This document shows, piece by piece, positions 38,254-47,897 of a DNA stretch of 64,000 nucleotides. Within the stretch, counting starts at the first letter, position 1. Each line of letters starts with the position of its first letter. The notes under the pieces were generated by a model. The model ran no database searches. It was given only the letters and a program-made list of their open reading frames with translations, and was not told the origin of the DNA. Position numbers and translations under genes: made by a program. The stretch lies in sequence record NC_061449.1; one strand, 5' to 3'.

Positions 38254-39939
38254 TTAGAGTGCACCAGAGTTGATCAGTTGCAGCGCGTACTGGATATCAC
38301 CGACTGGCGGTACGATAGCAGTTACGTGAATGCGTTTAGTGTAGCGAGTCGGGTCAAGGAACACGTCGATGATCAGATCGCCACGCGCTTCGTCTTCTGC
38401 GGTGTTGTTCTTGTAGTCGCACTGGACTGCATACCAACGCAAACCACGGCCGGTCTTAATCGGTTCGAGGATTGCTTCCATCGCAGACTTCTGGCGCTGT
38501 TTCAGAATGTCGTCGTTCGGTTCGAAGACAGCACTCAGGTTATTAGCGCGGGCAGAAGCATGAAGCATTGCAAGCAGACGACGGATGCCGATATCTTGCA
38601 GCGGGCTCTTAGTGGTGTACGTTGTATCAGCACCCCACATGAAGATACCTTCGCCTTCGAATACAGCAATCGGGTTAATCTGGTTATCCACCAGAATGTC
38701 ACGGTCGCCCTGCTTGAAGCGATAGCGCACGTCAGTAGCGAAGTCGAGCTTACCGCGTTGCAGACCACCAGGCGCTAACCACGATGCTACTTGGTCAGCA
38801 GTCAACATGCAGTACGCCATACAGACAGACGCTGGCACGTAGTAGTCACGCGCATTGTCATTGTCACGGGCCTTAACGTCTGAGTTAGCCAACGCAGACC
38901 AAGAACCGATGATGGAGAACTCTGCTTGCTGATAAGGCTTGTTGCCGCGACGATACGCAACAGAGCTATCACGCGCTTGCAGACTAACAGGCACACCGTG
39001 AGTAGCGATACAGTCCATGCGGCTCTCAGCCAGTTCATCGATCTTGTTCGCAATCACAGGATGCTCAAGGCCACCAGAACACAGGATGCCAGCTTGAACA
39101 TCTTCCCAGTCGCGGTAGTTATCCCACGCACTGAGAACAGCAGACAGACTCTGATTAGCGATAGTCGCATCAGAATGGTCTACGTCGATAACAGCACCAT
39201 CGCTGCCGCCAGTGAACTGACCGTTCGGAGCAGTCGGGTTCGTTGGGTCAGCAGGGCCACCGCCGATAGAGTTGATGACCACGAAGTTCGGGTCTTCCAG
39301 CAGCTTGTAGTGGTTTTCGTTCAGCTTAACGCGAATGTACTTAGAGTTAACGTTGATCACGTCTTCAATGAAGAACTGATTTCCCGCTTCGTCTTTGTAG
39401 TAACGCGTAGTCACAGTGTGCGACTCAAGAGGAGTCAGGTAACCGACACGATACACTTTGATGATAGACTTAATGCCCAGCGCATCTGTCACGTCAGGTT
39501 CAAACGTGATGTACATGTCGTTCGCCGCTGCGTACTGGGACATTGCGTAGATCAGGCAGATATCGCGATCAGAGAAAGCAATCTGCTCAGGGTCAACAAG
39601 TCCAGCGTCACCCAGAGGGCGGCAGGTGGCGAAGTTGTTATAAGTTGTGATATACACACCTGCGTATTTCACGGAGAGAGCGACACGCGTAATGTTCAGC
39701 TTGGTTGCTTTCGTCATCAGAAGTTTTGCGTTCTGGACGTTGTTAGCGTACTGCCCCGTTGCTGGACCAAAAATTGCGTCAATCTCATCCTTAGAGGTAA
39801 CAGTTGTGTTAACACCCACAGGTCCGCGAGGGAACGGCAGCACCAGAGTACACATGCCATACTGCACAAGTGACGCTTGGTTGCTACGGTCATTCTCCTG
39901 CGAATAGACCCCCGGAGAGGGGTGATTAGGTTGTAACAT
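38254..39939 (-). CDS. contractile tail sheath protein
   Basis: 561 aa; PSPGVYSQEND, FTGGSDG, WLAPGG.QRG, QINPI..F.GEG..MWG..T, IRRLL. Confidence 0.95.
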   Translation of the reverse strand: MLQPNHPSPGVYSQENDRSNQASLVQYGMCTLVLPFPRGPVGVNTTVTSKDEIDAIFGPATGQYANNVQNAKLLMTKATKLNITRVALSVKYAGVYITTYNNFATCRPLGDAGLVDPEQIAFSDRDICLIYAMSQYAAANDMYITFEPDVTDALGIKSIIKVYRVGYLTPLESHTVTTRYYKDEAGNQFFIEDVINVNSKYIRVKLNENHYKLLEDPNFVVINSIGGGPADPTNPTAPNGQFTGGSDGAVIDVDHSDATIANQSLSAVLSAWDNYRDWEDVQAGILCSGGLEHPVIANKIDELAESRMDCIATHGVPVSLQARDSSVAYRRGNKPYQQAEFSIIGSWSALANSDVKARDNDNARDYYVPASVCMAYCMLTADQVASWLAPGGLQRGKLDFATDVRYRFKQGDRDILVDNQINPIAVFEGEGIFMWGADTTYTTKSPLQDIGIRRLLAMLHASARANNLSAVFEPNDDILKQRQKSAMEAILEPIKTGRGLRWYAVQCDYKNNTAEDEARGDLIIDVFLDPTRYTKRIHVTAIVPPVGDIQYALQLINSGAL

Positions 39940-39981
39940 CGTGAATCTCCATAAGAATGGGCATCGTGTAACGACTGTATG

Positions 39982-39989
39982 AAATTAGC
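39982..39989 (-). promoter_or_regulatory. GCTAATTT motif, putative late promoter for sheath/tube
   Basis: In the gap, 43 nt upstream of the sheath ATG. Confidence 0.6.
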
Positions 39990-39995
39990 GAATTG

Positions 39996-40340
39996 TCAGT
40001 AACAAACCAGATTAACTCGCTGATCCACGTCACTTACCAGAACGGATTGTGCCATCTTACCTGTCAGGGTGAATTGCCCTTCGATAATCATTTGACCACC
40101 AGCGAACTGGAGAATGATTGGCTCTGCGGTGTCAATGTACAGCAGACCCTTAATCTCAGGCAGCGCATAACCTTTAGGTCCGACAATGATACTCTGCATT
40201 TGATACTCACCGTCTAGGGGAATACCAACAGCATGTGATTGTCGTTTAAGAATAGAGTTCTGGTTAGAAGTGACAGCGCGTACACGACTATCAATGACCA
40301 GAGTACGGTCGAGCTTACGATACTTCTCGCGTGTGTACAT
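39996..40340 (-). CDS. hypothetical protein
   Basis: 114 aa; coupled to the upstream gene. Confidence 0.7.
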   Translation of the reverse strand: MYTREKYRKLDRTLVIDSRVRAVTSNQNSILKRQSHAVGIPLDGEYQMQSIIVGPKGYALPEIKGLLYIDTAEPIILQFAGGQMIIEGQFTLTGKMAQSVLVSDVDQRVNLVCY

Positions 40341-41029
40341 TAGTCTACTTCCTCCTCATCCTGTTCAGCGGCAGCAGCGGCGCGTGGACCTAAGTCCATG
40401 TCGATTTCAACGTTCTCGGTGATTTCACCGTAGTTGTTAATCTTAGCCTGCTCCATGTTGAAACCAATCTTCGAATGAATCGTGATTGGAATCTCAAGTT
40501 CGAAACTACCCGGCGTACTACCGTCGTCGAGGTCATCAATGTTAGGCATAGGCAGAGAGTCATCCAGCTTAACACGCGCAGTCCACTTAGCTGTAGGCAT
40601 CTCAATAGAGAAGCTCATAAGGTCAGTGAGTCCTGCGATCATCGCCTGCTGAATAAACAACAGCGCTTGGTCGATGTTCATGAACTTAACAAACAACGAA
40701 CCAGTGAGCGTTACAGGGAAATAGTAGTTCGTTACAACGATAGCGTTCGTATCGTCTTTGCCTAACGCCCAGCCACTACCATGACGTGCAATGTTCTTTA
40801 CGTTGACAGACTCGTCTCGGTTAAATGCAATGTTCGGCAGCTTGAACCAACCGTACGGATAGTCAGTGCTTTGATTGTTCGTTGCACGAATACCCTGCTT
40901 CGGGTTATTATGCACAGACCAAACAAAACGCTTTAACCCGAACCCCTGACGGAATTGACGCTGAAAGCCAAAGATAGTTGCCCGCAGCGATGTACTGCTA
41001 CTGAGCATACCTGCAATGTTTGCACTCAT
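40340..41029 (-). CDS. putative neck / tail-completion protein
   Basis: Start moved to ATG 41029 (GGAG RBS, downstream of a terminator); lies between the capsid and sheath genes. Confidence 0.55.
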   Translation of the reverse strand: MSANIAGMLSSSTSLRATIFGFQRQFRQGFGLKRFVWSVHNNPKQGIRATNNQSTDYPYGWFKLPNIAFNRDESVNVKNIARHGSGWALGKDDTNAIVVTNYYFPVTLTGSLFVKFMNIDQALLFIQQAMIAGLTDLMSFSIEMPTAKWTARVKLDDSLPMPNIDDLDDGSTPGSFELEIPITIHSKIGFNMEQAKINNYGEITENVEIDMDLGPRAAAAAEQDEEEVD

Positions 41030-41048
41030 TTGCGGTGCTCCAGATACG

Positions 41049-41077
41049 AAAAAGGGCAGCCTATTGGCCACCCTTTT
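41049..41077 (-). terminator. intrinsic terminator closing the capsid operon
   Basis: AAAAGGGTGGCC-AATA-GGCTGCCCTTTTT. Confidence 0.8.
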
Positions 41078-41096
41078 GGTTACCCGTAATCGGGTG

Positions 41097-41471
41097 TTAG
41101 TCAAGTCGTAAGCGAATCAGTGAAGCGCTAGACGATTCGGAATCAACTTCATCGTCTGCGTCTTCTTCGTCTTCAACATCTTCATCAGAGTTGAGACTGA
41201 TAACTTCGTCGTCGTACAACGAGTTTTCTTCCTCGGCATTAAGCTCTAAAGCAGCAGACAACGCGGCGACGGATTCAGCCATACCGGATGCGCCACTCAC
41301 AGAGTTTACCAAGCAAGAAGCCTGGAAGTTATCAGCGAGTTCGCATTCGAGAAAGTCCTCAGTGTCTGGTGCAACAGCCGCTTGAGCAAGCAAGCGAGCA
41401 GCATCAGTCCACTGTCCGTCACGCGCTGCGACGATTGCCAGTGCAGCTAAGGAACCAGATAAAGTCTTCAT
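41097..41471 (-). CDS. small acidic head protein
   Basis: 124 aa; GAGG RBS; acidic C-terminal half with VDSESSS. Confidence 0.75.
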   Translation of the reverse strand: MKTLSGSLAALAIVAARDGQWTDAARLLAQAAVAPDTEDFLECELADNFQASCLVNSVSGASGMAESVAALSAALELNAEEENSLYDDEVISLNSDEDVEDEEDADDEVDSESSSASLIRLRLD

Positions 41472-41524
41472 GCTTGGTCCTCAGTAGTGAGGGCAGCAAT
41501 AAGCTACCCTCGTTGCACAGTCAA

Positions 41525-42622
41525 TTAGCCACGGACGGCTTTCGCCACGGAACGCACGTTCGCCAGAGTGAAGGAGAAGGTGCTAGACAGCAACCAACCG
41601 CGGTCGGTGTTGCCCTGGTTCGCGCCGGAAGTCGGGGTAGACTGGGTGCCGCCACGAGTGGTGTACACTGCGTGGTAGTCCTGGTCGGCCAGAACATACA
41701 GTTCGCCGTCCTGCAGAACGCGGTGCTCTGGAGCGCGGAAGCCGTCAGTTACCAGTTCCAGACCCAGCAGAGTACCCAGACGACCAGTAGTGATCAGGTC
41801 GTATTTGCTTACCGGGTCCAGAGCAGAGGAGAACTGATCGTTACCAACGATATCGTTCCAGTAGTCCTGCGCCATCACAGCGGTGCTGACAGGCAGCGGC
41901 CATGAAGACACAGAATTTTTCAGAGTGGACAGCAGACGCGGAGTCAGGTCGCCGTGTACCCAGGTGATAGGGTTAGCGATGCCAACAGCCTGATCACAAG
42001 CGCGTTTCCACAGACGGTCTTCTGCAACCATGATAGAAGACAGGCCGTCTTGCTGTGCGCGATCCAGCAGGTCGCCGTTGATCTGATCCAGATCCATTTT
42101 GCTAACGCGGATGTTGGATTTCAGTTCGAACTCAGCAGGCGTGAACACACGACCGCGGAACTGACGGTAACCGTAGTCGGTAGGACCGGTTGCCATGATC
42201 GCTTCTGCCTGGTGGATTTTCAGTTCGATACGAGCGATATCGCCCTGACGAACAGTAGCGCCTTTACACACTTTGCGCAGCAGGCCAGCACGTTCAGCAC
42301 GGTCTTCGATAGATGCAACGATGGATGCACCCAGAGAAGCCCACTTCTCACCGCTGCTATCAGCAACAGCTTCCTGGAACAGCTCGATCTTCTCAGCTTC
42401 TGTCAGCGGGTTCGAAGCAGAGGTAGAGTGAACCAGTTCGCCGGTCTGGAAGCTGTTCATCAGCTTGCTGATTTGACCCAGCAGATCTTTTTGCGAGTAG
42501 GCGTTGATTTCGCCGGTGCTTTCGCTCAGTGCCAGATCACCTTTCCCGCCAAAACGCAGGTCTTCGATAGGTGCACCAGTACGCAGAGTTACTTTAGCGC
42601 CGCGCATTAAGGAATTGTTCAT
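41525..42622 (-). CDS. major capsid protein (HK97 fold)
   Basis: 365 aa; very strong codon bias; follows the scaffold and decoration genes; FELKSNIRVSKMDL..I.GDLL, G.LGTLLGLELVTD pattern. Confidence 0.85.
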   Translation of the reverse strand: MNNSLMRGAKVTLRTGAPIEDLRFGGKGDLALSESTGEINAYSQKDLLGQISKLMNSFQTGELVHSTSASNPLTEAEKIELFQEAVADSSGEKWASLGASIVASIEDRAERAGLLRKVCKGATVRQGDIARIELKIHQAEAIMATGPTDYGYRQFRGRVFTPAEFELKSNIRVSKMDLDQINGDLLDRAQQDGLSSIMVAEDRLWKRACDQAVGIANPITWVHGDLTPRLLSTLKNSVSSWPLPVSTAVMAQDYWNDIVGNDQFSSALDPVSKYDLITTGRLGTLLGLELVTDGFRAPEHRVLQDGELYVLADQDYHAVYTTRGGTQSTPTSGANQGNTDRGWLLSSTFSFTLANVRSVAKAVRG

Positions 42623-42681
42623 TAGTTGCTCCTGAGAATAATCTCGTAAGTTTCAGTTCAAACAGTTACGGTGCGCGACGA

Positions 42682-43389
42682 TTAGGCGCCGTAAGAGGAA
42701 GACATTTCGACGATCAGGTAACCACGTTCAGTGGTAGGTGCCTGTTTGATCACGCAGCCTTTCAGCACAGTACCGGTTCCGCCGATAGTCAGCATACCGT
42801 TCGGGCCGAGAGTTGGGTGAATCACGTTGTCAGCAGACCAGTCAGCAGTCGGGTCAAACATAGAGGTAGCGATGTTACCCAGTTTGATGTAGCCACAACG
42901 GCCTTCAACGTTAGAAGCCAGACCACCGATAGGAGCATCAGCAGTGTAAGAACGCGCTTCGGTCACAGACAGTTCGTAAGCATACTGGATGCGAACTTTC
43001 TTGCCCTGGTCGTCAGCGTGGAAGTACAGGTCAGCACCCTGAACACCAACAGCACCAGCTTCGGAAGGAGCTGCGTTAGCTTCCTGATCCGCTTTAACGC
43101 CGTCGATTTTAACCAGCAGTGCGCCAGCGTCAGGAACGCGGGAAGCAGTGAATTTTTTGGTCGCGTCGATAACGAACTCTTCAACACGGTTCATGTGCGC
43201 AGGCGGCATAGAGCGAGCCAGAGCGAAACCGGCGAATACTTCGTTAGCAGCACCAGTAGACAGACGCAGGAAAGAGTGACCGCCTTCGCGAGCCCAAACC
43301 AGTGCGACGCCTTCTTCGTGGATTACTTCGCCCGGCAGCAGGTCAGCTTCCTGGGTCTGTACGATATCGGTAGCGTTTTGAAACAACAT
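42682..43389 (-). CDS. head decoration / cement protein
   Basis: Start moved to ATG 43389 (GGAG RBS); strong codon bias; directly upstream of the MCP. Confidence 0.6.
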   Translation of the reverse strand: MLFQNATDIVQTQEADLLPGEVIHEEGVALVWAREGGHSFLRLSTGAANEVFAGFALARSMPPAHMNRVEEFVIDATKKFTASRVPDAGALLVKIDGVKADQEANAAPSEAGAVGVQGADLYFHADDQGKKVRIQYAYELSVTEARSYTADAPIGGLASNVEGRCGYIKLGNIATSMFDPTADWSADNVIHPTLGPNGMLTIGGTGTVLKGCVIKQAPTTERGYLIVEMSSSYGA

Positions 43390-43441
43390 AATCAGTTTCT
43401 CCAATAAGAGAGATTAGGAATTAAACTGTCACAGGCCGCAA

Positions 43442-45472
43442 TTACATGCGGCGCAGGCGAGCAAGTTTATCTTCATACGAGGAGCCAGTGGAAGCTGAAC
43501 TCTGGGATTCAACAGTGTCGTTACCCTGAGTAAGCAGTTCAGCAGCGGATGCCGGAGCTTTAGGCTGCGCGGTTACAACCTGCTGTTGAACGACCGATGC
43601 GCGTTCAGCACTCACGGTGCCGGCGGCTGCGTCGATTGACTCAGAGATTTCGTTCTGGGCGACTTCGGACTTGCTCATGAGGTCCATCGCTTTTGACAGC
43701 GAAGTAGTCAGGAAGTCTTTGCCGTGTGCAATAAACGCACGTTCAACCAGAGCGCGAGGCTCTTTGATACCAGCAGCAGACAGTGAGCTGCACAGGCTAT
43801 CGACGATTGGGTTGCGTACATCGCCCCAGAAGTTTTTCGTAACACCCAGCTGGGATGCAGACAGGGCAGCGATGAAGCGTTCAGTATAAGCTGAGGTTGC
43901 TTCTTCGATAGTGCCGGTAACGTTCGCGGTAGCTTCGCTAACACGCGCGTCAGACTGCGCAGCCAGAAGTTTTTCGACAGGCATTTCGATCTGATACGGC
44001 ATAAAGCCGAATGCTTCACAAGTACCAGTCACACCAGTCTGATTCAGAGAGTGTGATACTGCACGAATGAAATTATCAGTTGCGAAGGATTTCACCGCAT
44101 TTTCTTCGCCAACTGCATTAGATACAGAAGCGAGAGTAGCGCGAGCAATCGGATGACCGTCGTAATACATGTGAACGGTTTCCAGCTTGCCAGTTGCGCG
44201 GCTCAGAGCTACCAGAGCAGGGTCCAGTGTGCCGTGTTGAGCTTGCGCGGTAGACAGGCTGTCGAAGGTGCGAGAGACAACGCCGCTTTCAGAATCAATG
44301 TCGTCCTCGTCATCGAGGTCGAGATCGTCTTCTTCCAGATCTTCTTCGTCGTCGAACTCGTCGTCTTCGTCAGAGCTGGATTCAGAGTCGATATCCTCTT
44401 CATCGTCCAGGTCTTCTTCGTCGAGGTCTTCTTCGTCGAGATCTTCTTCGTCGTCCTCGTCAGAGCTGGATTCAGAATCGAAGTCTTCGTCTTCTTCGAG
44501 GTCTTCATCATCTTCCAGATCTTCGTCGTCAATGTCGTCCAGATCGTCTTCATCCAGATCTTCATCGTCGAGGTCGTCTTCGTCGTCGATATCATCGTCT
44601 TCATCATTAGATGATTCAGAATCGAAGTCTTCGTCGTCCGAATCATCTTCGTCGTCGAGGTCGTCTTCTTCAATGATATCAATGTCGCTATCGTCGTCGC
44701 CGGACTGAGATTCAATCGGCTCGTCGACCAGAGCGGCAGAACAGTGCGCACAGAACACAGGCTCTTCGTCAGAGCTTACAGTGAATGGCTGTTCGCAGTT
44801 AGCGGAGCAGCTATAGATGTGCGCTTCGACTTCACCGTCAGCAGAGGACAGCGCGGCCAGAGCTTCTGGAGCTTCCTGCGCTTCGCAATTCTCTACAGCT
44901 TGACCGGTGTACGGGTCGAAGTTTACGGCAGTAGCAGCGTTAAAGCTACCAGTACCAGACAGCGCAGTGAACGCGTGTGCGTTGCTCAGTGCCAGAGCGA
45001 AGTTGCGTTTAGCAGCTTCGGCAGTTTCACCAGTAGCAACCAGACCAGCGTGTTCAATTTGTTCGTCAGCAGAAGCGGACTCGGCCAGGAATTGAGTTAC
45101 GCGGTCGTCAGTGATTTCTGACAGGTCAGCAGAGCACGATGGGCAGCAGCCCTGAACCAGTGCAGCAGAGTCAGAGATAACGTGGCTACCACAACCATCA
45201 AGACAGATGGTGTAATGAGCTTTCACGTCACCGGCAGCAGACTGCGACTGGACTTCGGCGCGCTCAACCAAATCAGGATGCTCTTCCAGCAGTTCTTCAC
45301 CGCCTTTCGGATTGTAGAGGTCTGTGCCACTCTGCGAAGCAAAGCCTACACCATCAGAGGACCCGAAAATCATCAGGTTCTGACCGAGTGCAGTGCGGCG
45401 AAAGTTCTCTACTGCCTGATTATGGTTTTGACCGACACACAGGATACCCGCGAGTTGGGTAATCTTTGGCAT
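43442..45472 (-). CDS. prohead core / scaffold protein with two Zn-ribbon-like modules and an acidic linker
   Basis: Start ATG 45472 (GAGG RBS); Cys4 modules; ~145-aa D/E tract; ten S-x-S motifs; C-terminal LARLRRM. Confidence 0.7.
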   Translation of the reverse strand: MPKITQLAGILCVGQNHNQAVENFRRTALGQNLMIFGSSDGVGFASQSGTDLYNPKGGEELLEEHPDLVERAEVQSQSAAGDVKAHYTICLDGCGSHVISDSAALVQGCCPSCSADLSEITDDRVTQFLAESASADEQIEHAGLVATGETAEAAKRNFALALSNAHAFTALSGTGSFNAATAVNFDPYTGQAVENCEAQEAPEALAALSSADGEVEAHIYSCSANCEQPFTVSSDEEPVFCAHCSAALVDEPIESQSGDDDSDIDIIEEDDLDDEDDSDDEDFDSESSNDEDDDIDDEDDLDDEDLDEDDLDDIDDEDLEDDEDLEEDEDFDSESSSDEDDEEDLDEEDLDEEDLDDEEDIDSESSSDEDDEFDDEEDLEEDDLDLDDEDDIDSESGVVSRTFDSLSTAQAQHGTLDPALVALSRATGKLETVHMYYDGHPIARATLASVSNAVGEENAVKSFATDNFIRAVSHSLNQTGVTGTCEAFGFMPYQIEMPVEKLLAAQSDARVSEATANVTGTIEEATSAYTERFIAALSASQLGVTKNFWGDVRNPIVDSLCSSLSAAGIKEPRALVERAFIAHGKDFLTTSLSKAMDLMSKSEVAQNEISESIDAAAGTVSAERASVVQQQVVTAQPKAPASAAELLTQGNDTVESQSSASTGSSYEDKLARLRRM
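44270..44705 (-). repeat. low-complexity D/E tract with four imperfect DSES units
   Basis: Repeated GAC/GAT/GAA codons; F/I-DSES-S/G recurs four times. Confidence 0.9.
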
Positions 45473-45550
45473 GGTTAAAACCCTCATAGAATTTATAGTC
45501 GTTGAATCGACAGGTTGAAATTAACGATTGCAGAAAAAATTCAGGTATTT

Positions 45551-46684
45551 TTAAATTTTTCTGCTATCAATGTCAGTTTGTGGAATATATCTGTTTTCGA
45601 AGTATTTCGCTACTACCTCGACGCCGTTTAGCGTATAAACGTTGCGTAAGCTATATCCCCAAACCATCAGTTCAGCAAGCGTTGCGAAGTGCTCTGCGGG
45701 TACTGATTTAATGGTCAACGCGTTCATAGAATCCGGGTGGATTTTCTTGCCGCGAATGGCCTGATCAAACTTCATGCGTTCTACGTTACGTAGCATCGTA
45801 TGGTCCACAAAGTGGGCTAATTCATGCGTAATAACGTGCGCCATACTCAGGCTATTATAGCCGCCGAGTAGCTGCACTAACTGTGCAGGATGGATTGATA
45901 TCGCACCGTACAGGAAACCGTGTACGCGGTATGTTGCAATGTGACTACCACCACTATCCGAGTTAGCTTTCAGCAGGCCAACATACAGACGTTTGAATGG
46001 TAGTTCAAAGTTCAGGCCGATGCCGGGCATAACGTTTTCCTGAATATCTTTAAGTACATAGTCAGGAGGGCTAATACCGTTCTTCTCAAGCGTGACACCA
46101 GGAACACGCAAGTCATCCATGCCCAATATTTCGAGATGCACACGACCACACTTAGGAACAGGCTTGACAGCGTAGTTATTGGGCGTACCACCAGGATATA
46201 TTGCTGGTGCGTACTGCAATGGTTTGAAATTACCAAAATCAGGCATATCCATTAGACGACGCTGTGCAGCTTTCATCGAGTCAGGAGTGTCTTCGCCTGG
46301 GCGATCGTCATTCCCCGTTGCCAATGGCTTAGGTTTAGACTCAGGCTCTGGTGATTTCTCAAGTTTAACAGGCTTTGGTTCTGGTGCTGGTGGCGCAGGC
46401 TTCTTCTGCTTCTCCTCGTAAGGAGTGAAGTCGAAGTCCGGCTTAAAGAGAGCGTCAGGTTTCGCAGTGAATGGGCGACTGTTCTGAACGAGCTTGTCAC
46501 CGTCTTCTCCACTGATTGCATATGCCTGATCGTATTTAGGATGGGCAATGTAGTACAGGTCATCGCTTACTTTGAGAAGGCCAATGACCTCACGCGATTC
46601 CATATGGACACCGTTTGAGATCATTGCCGCCTGACCCAGATAGCGATAGTACGTGTAGTCCCCTATAGCTAAACCTTCTGGCAT
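45551..46684 (-). CDS. HExxH zinc metallopeptidase-like protein
   Basis: Start ATG 46684 (TGATG overlap, AAGGA RBS); VITHELAHFVDH...EHFA; Pro/Lys-rich linker; N-terminal shared domain. Confidence 0.75.
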   Translation of the reverse strand: MPEGLAIGDYTYYRYLGQAAMISNGVHMESREVIGLLKVSDDLYYIAHPKYDQAYAISGEDGDKLVQNSRPFTAKPDALFKPDFDFTPYEEKQKKPAPPAPEPKPVKLEKSPEPESKPKPLATGNDDRPGEDTPDSMKAAQRRLMDMPDFGNFKPLQYAPAIYPGGTPNNYAVKPVPKCGRVHLEILGMDDLRVPGVTLEKNGISPPDYVLKDIQENVMPGIGLNFELPFKRLYVGLLKANSDSGGSHIATYRVHGFLYGAISIHPAQLVQLLGGYNSLSMAHVITHELAHFVDHTMLRNVERMKFDQAIRGKKIHPDSMNALTIKSVPAEHFATLAELMVWGYSLRNVYTLNGVEVVAKYFENRYIPQTDIDSRKI

Positions 46685-47463
46685 CAGGCCATCCTTAATA
46701 GATGTTCTTTGTACGTTGCAGCACACGCGAACGCTGGGTCATCCACGCTACTACATTCGAAGCCGGTAAGCATCTTACAGTCACGATACACCAGACGGCC
46801 TGTACGCGCATCGAGATAGGTCGGTTTGTTGAACGCTGTGTGCGAACAGAAGTTACGCATCTTAGGCGTTACCAACTGACCGCAGATACTGCACTTATAA
46901 GCACGATACGTTGTGCCTTTGCTGTACGTGTTCAACTCACCACTCAGGATTCGGTCGCAGCGCTCTTTACAACGCGTACGGTCGAATGCCAGCAGCAACG
47001 TCAGACGAGCGTGGTCGCCACGGAAGTTCTTGAGCTTGGACAGGTTGCTGTCGAAGATCATACCCATGGCCTGACGGTAGTCTTTATTGTTGTGCTCGAT
47101 GAACGTCGGCTTACCAATGAACGTCTGATAAGCAAGACGACCTTGGTCAGGGTTGAACGTTAACCACTCTTGCAGACTAAACGCATCACCGTTAGTGTTC
47201 GGCAGCTCAGTGATGTTCACCGGAACAGGAACGATGATATAGTCGCGGATATCGCGTGACGTGTTATACTGCTCGGCTGCTTTCGGCAACCACACGTTCA
47301 CATCAAGGTTAAAGGAGCCTGTCTGAATACCGAAGCGAGAAGCATCCACACGAATAGATTTAGCTGTACGGCTAACATCTTCCTTGTGCATGTCAATCGC
47401 GTTCAATCCGACGAGGCCCATGTCTGACGTATCAAACGATTCAGACTTTACTGACTGGGTCAT
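46684..47463 (-). CDS. prohead (capsid maturation) serine protease-like protein
   Basis: Start ATG 47463 (GGAG RBS); PNTNGDAF, GKPTFIEH, YSKG..CSICG pattern; synteny protease-scaffold-MCP. Confidence 0.7.
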   Translation of the reverse strand: MTQSVKSESFDTSDMGLVGLNAIDMHKEDVSRTAKSIRVDASRFGIQTGSFNLDVNVWLPKAAEQYNTSRDIRDYIIVPVPVNITELPNTNGDAFSLQEWLTFNPDQGRLAYQTFIGKPTFIEHNNKDYRQAMGMIFDSNLSKLKNFRGDHARLTLLLAFDRTRCKERCDRILSGELNTYSKGTTYRAYKCSICGQLVTPKMRNFCSHTAFNKPTYLDARTGRLVYRDCKMLTGFECSSVDDPAFACAATYKEHLLRMA

Positions 47464-47473
47464 CGTGTTCTCC

Positions 47474-47896
47474 CTACTGGAAATTGTTGATGTTATCTGG
47501 ACCGGCATTCGCAAGACGCACACAACCTTCTTCGACTTGAAAGGCGTTGAGTCCGTCCATAGTGCTCAGCCAGTAACGTAGGCGTCCATCTGAAATTACT
47601 GCGTTTTCAACATACGCAGGAACTTCTTTGCCGCTATCTTTCAGCGTGGCGATGACTTCGACGCCAGGATAGAACACGTCAAAGGACTTCGTACTGAAAA
47701 TCGGTTTAATAATATCGGACTCGGACACTGGGTGCTGCGCGTAGCGACTCTGAATCATGTAGATAGCTTCATCTTTATTGATCAGAATCGAGTTGATTGT
47801 ACCACGCAGCTTACATCGCGCACCTGTCCCGATAGTACGTCCGTAATAGAACGAAACAATGTCACCAATGTTATACGCAAAGTGGAACTGCGCCAT
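47474..47896 (-). CDS. hypothetical protein (two small beta-barrel-like halves)
   Basis: Start ATG 47896 with GAGG RBS; YNIGDIV and FYPGVEV repeats. Confidence 0.7.
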   Translation of the reverse strand: MAQFHFAYNIGDIVSFYYGRTIGTGARCKLRGTINSILINKDEAIYMIQSRYAQHPVSESDIIKPIFSTKSFDVFYPGVEVIATLKDSGKEVPAYVENAVISDGRLRYWLSTMDGLNAFQVEEGCVRLANAGPDNINNFQ

Positions 47897-47897
47897 G

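Noticed and set aside
22814-39873. Long plus-strand ORFs (22814..24151, 32425..33354, 38926..39873 and others)
   Set aside because: Antisense shadows of codon-biased minus-strand genes; no RBS or protein-like motifs
41030-41104. N-terminal extension of the 40340 ORF to 41104
   Set aside because: It spans an intrinsic terminator; ATG 41029 has a proper RBS
44153-44751. Ser-rich, Lys/Thr-rich and hydrophobic ORFs over the acidic tract (also at 53120..53746)
   Set aside because: Alternative-frame readings of GAY/GAR codon runs
45527-45566. AT-rich inverted repeat GCAGAAAAA...TTTTTCTGC upstream of the scaffold gene
   Set aside because: It overlaps a stop codon, has a weak A/T stem and no clear U tail; cannot distinguish terminator, promoter or chance
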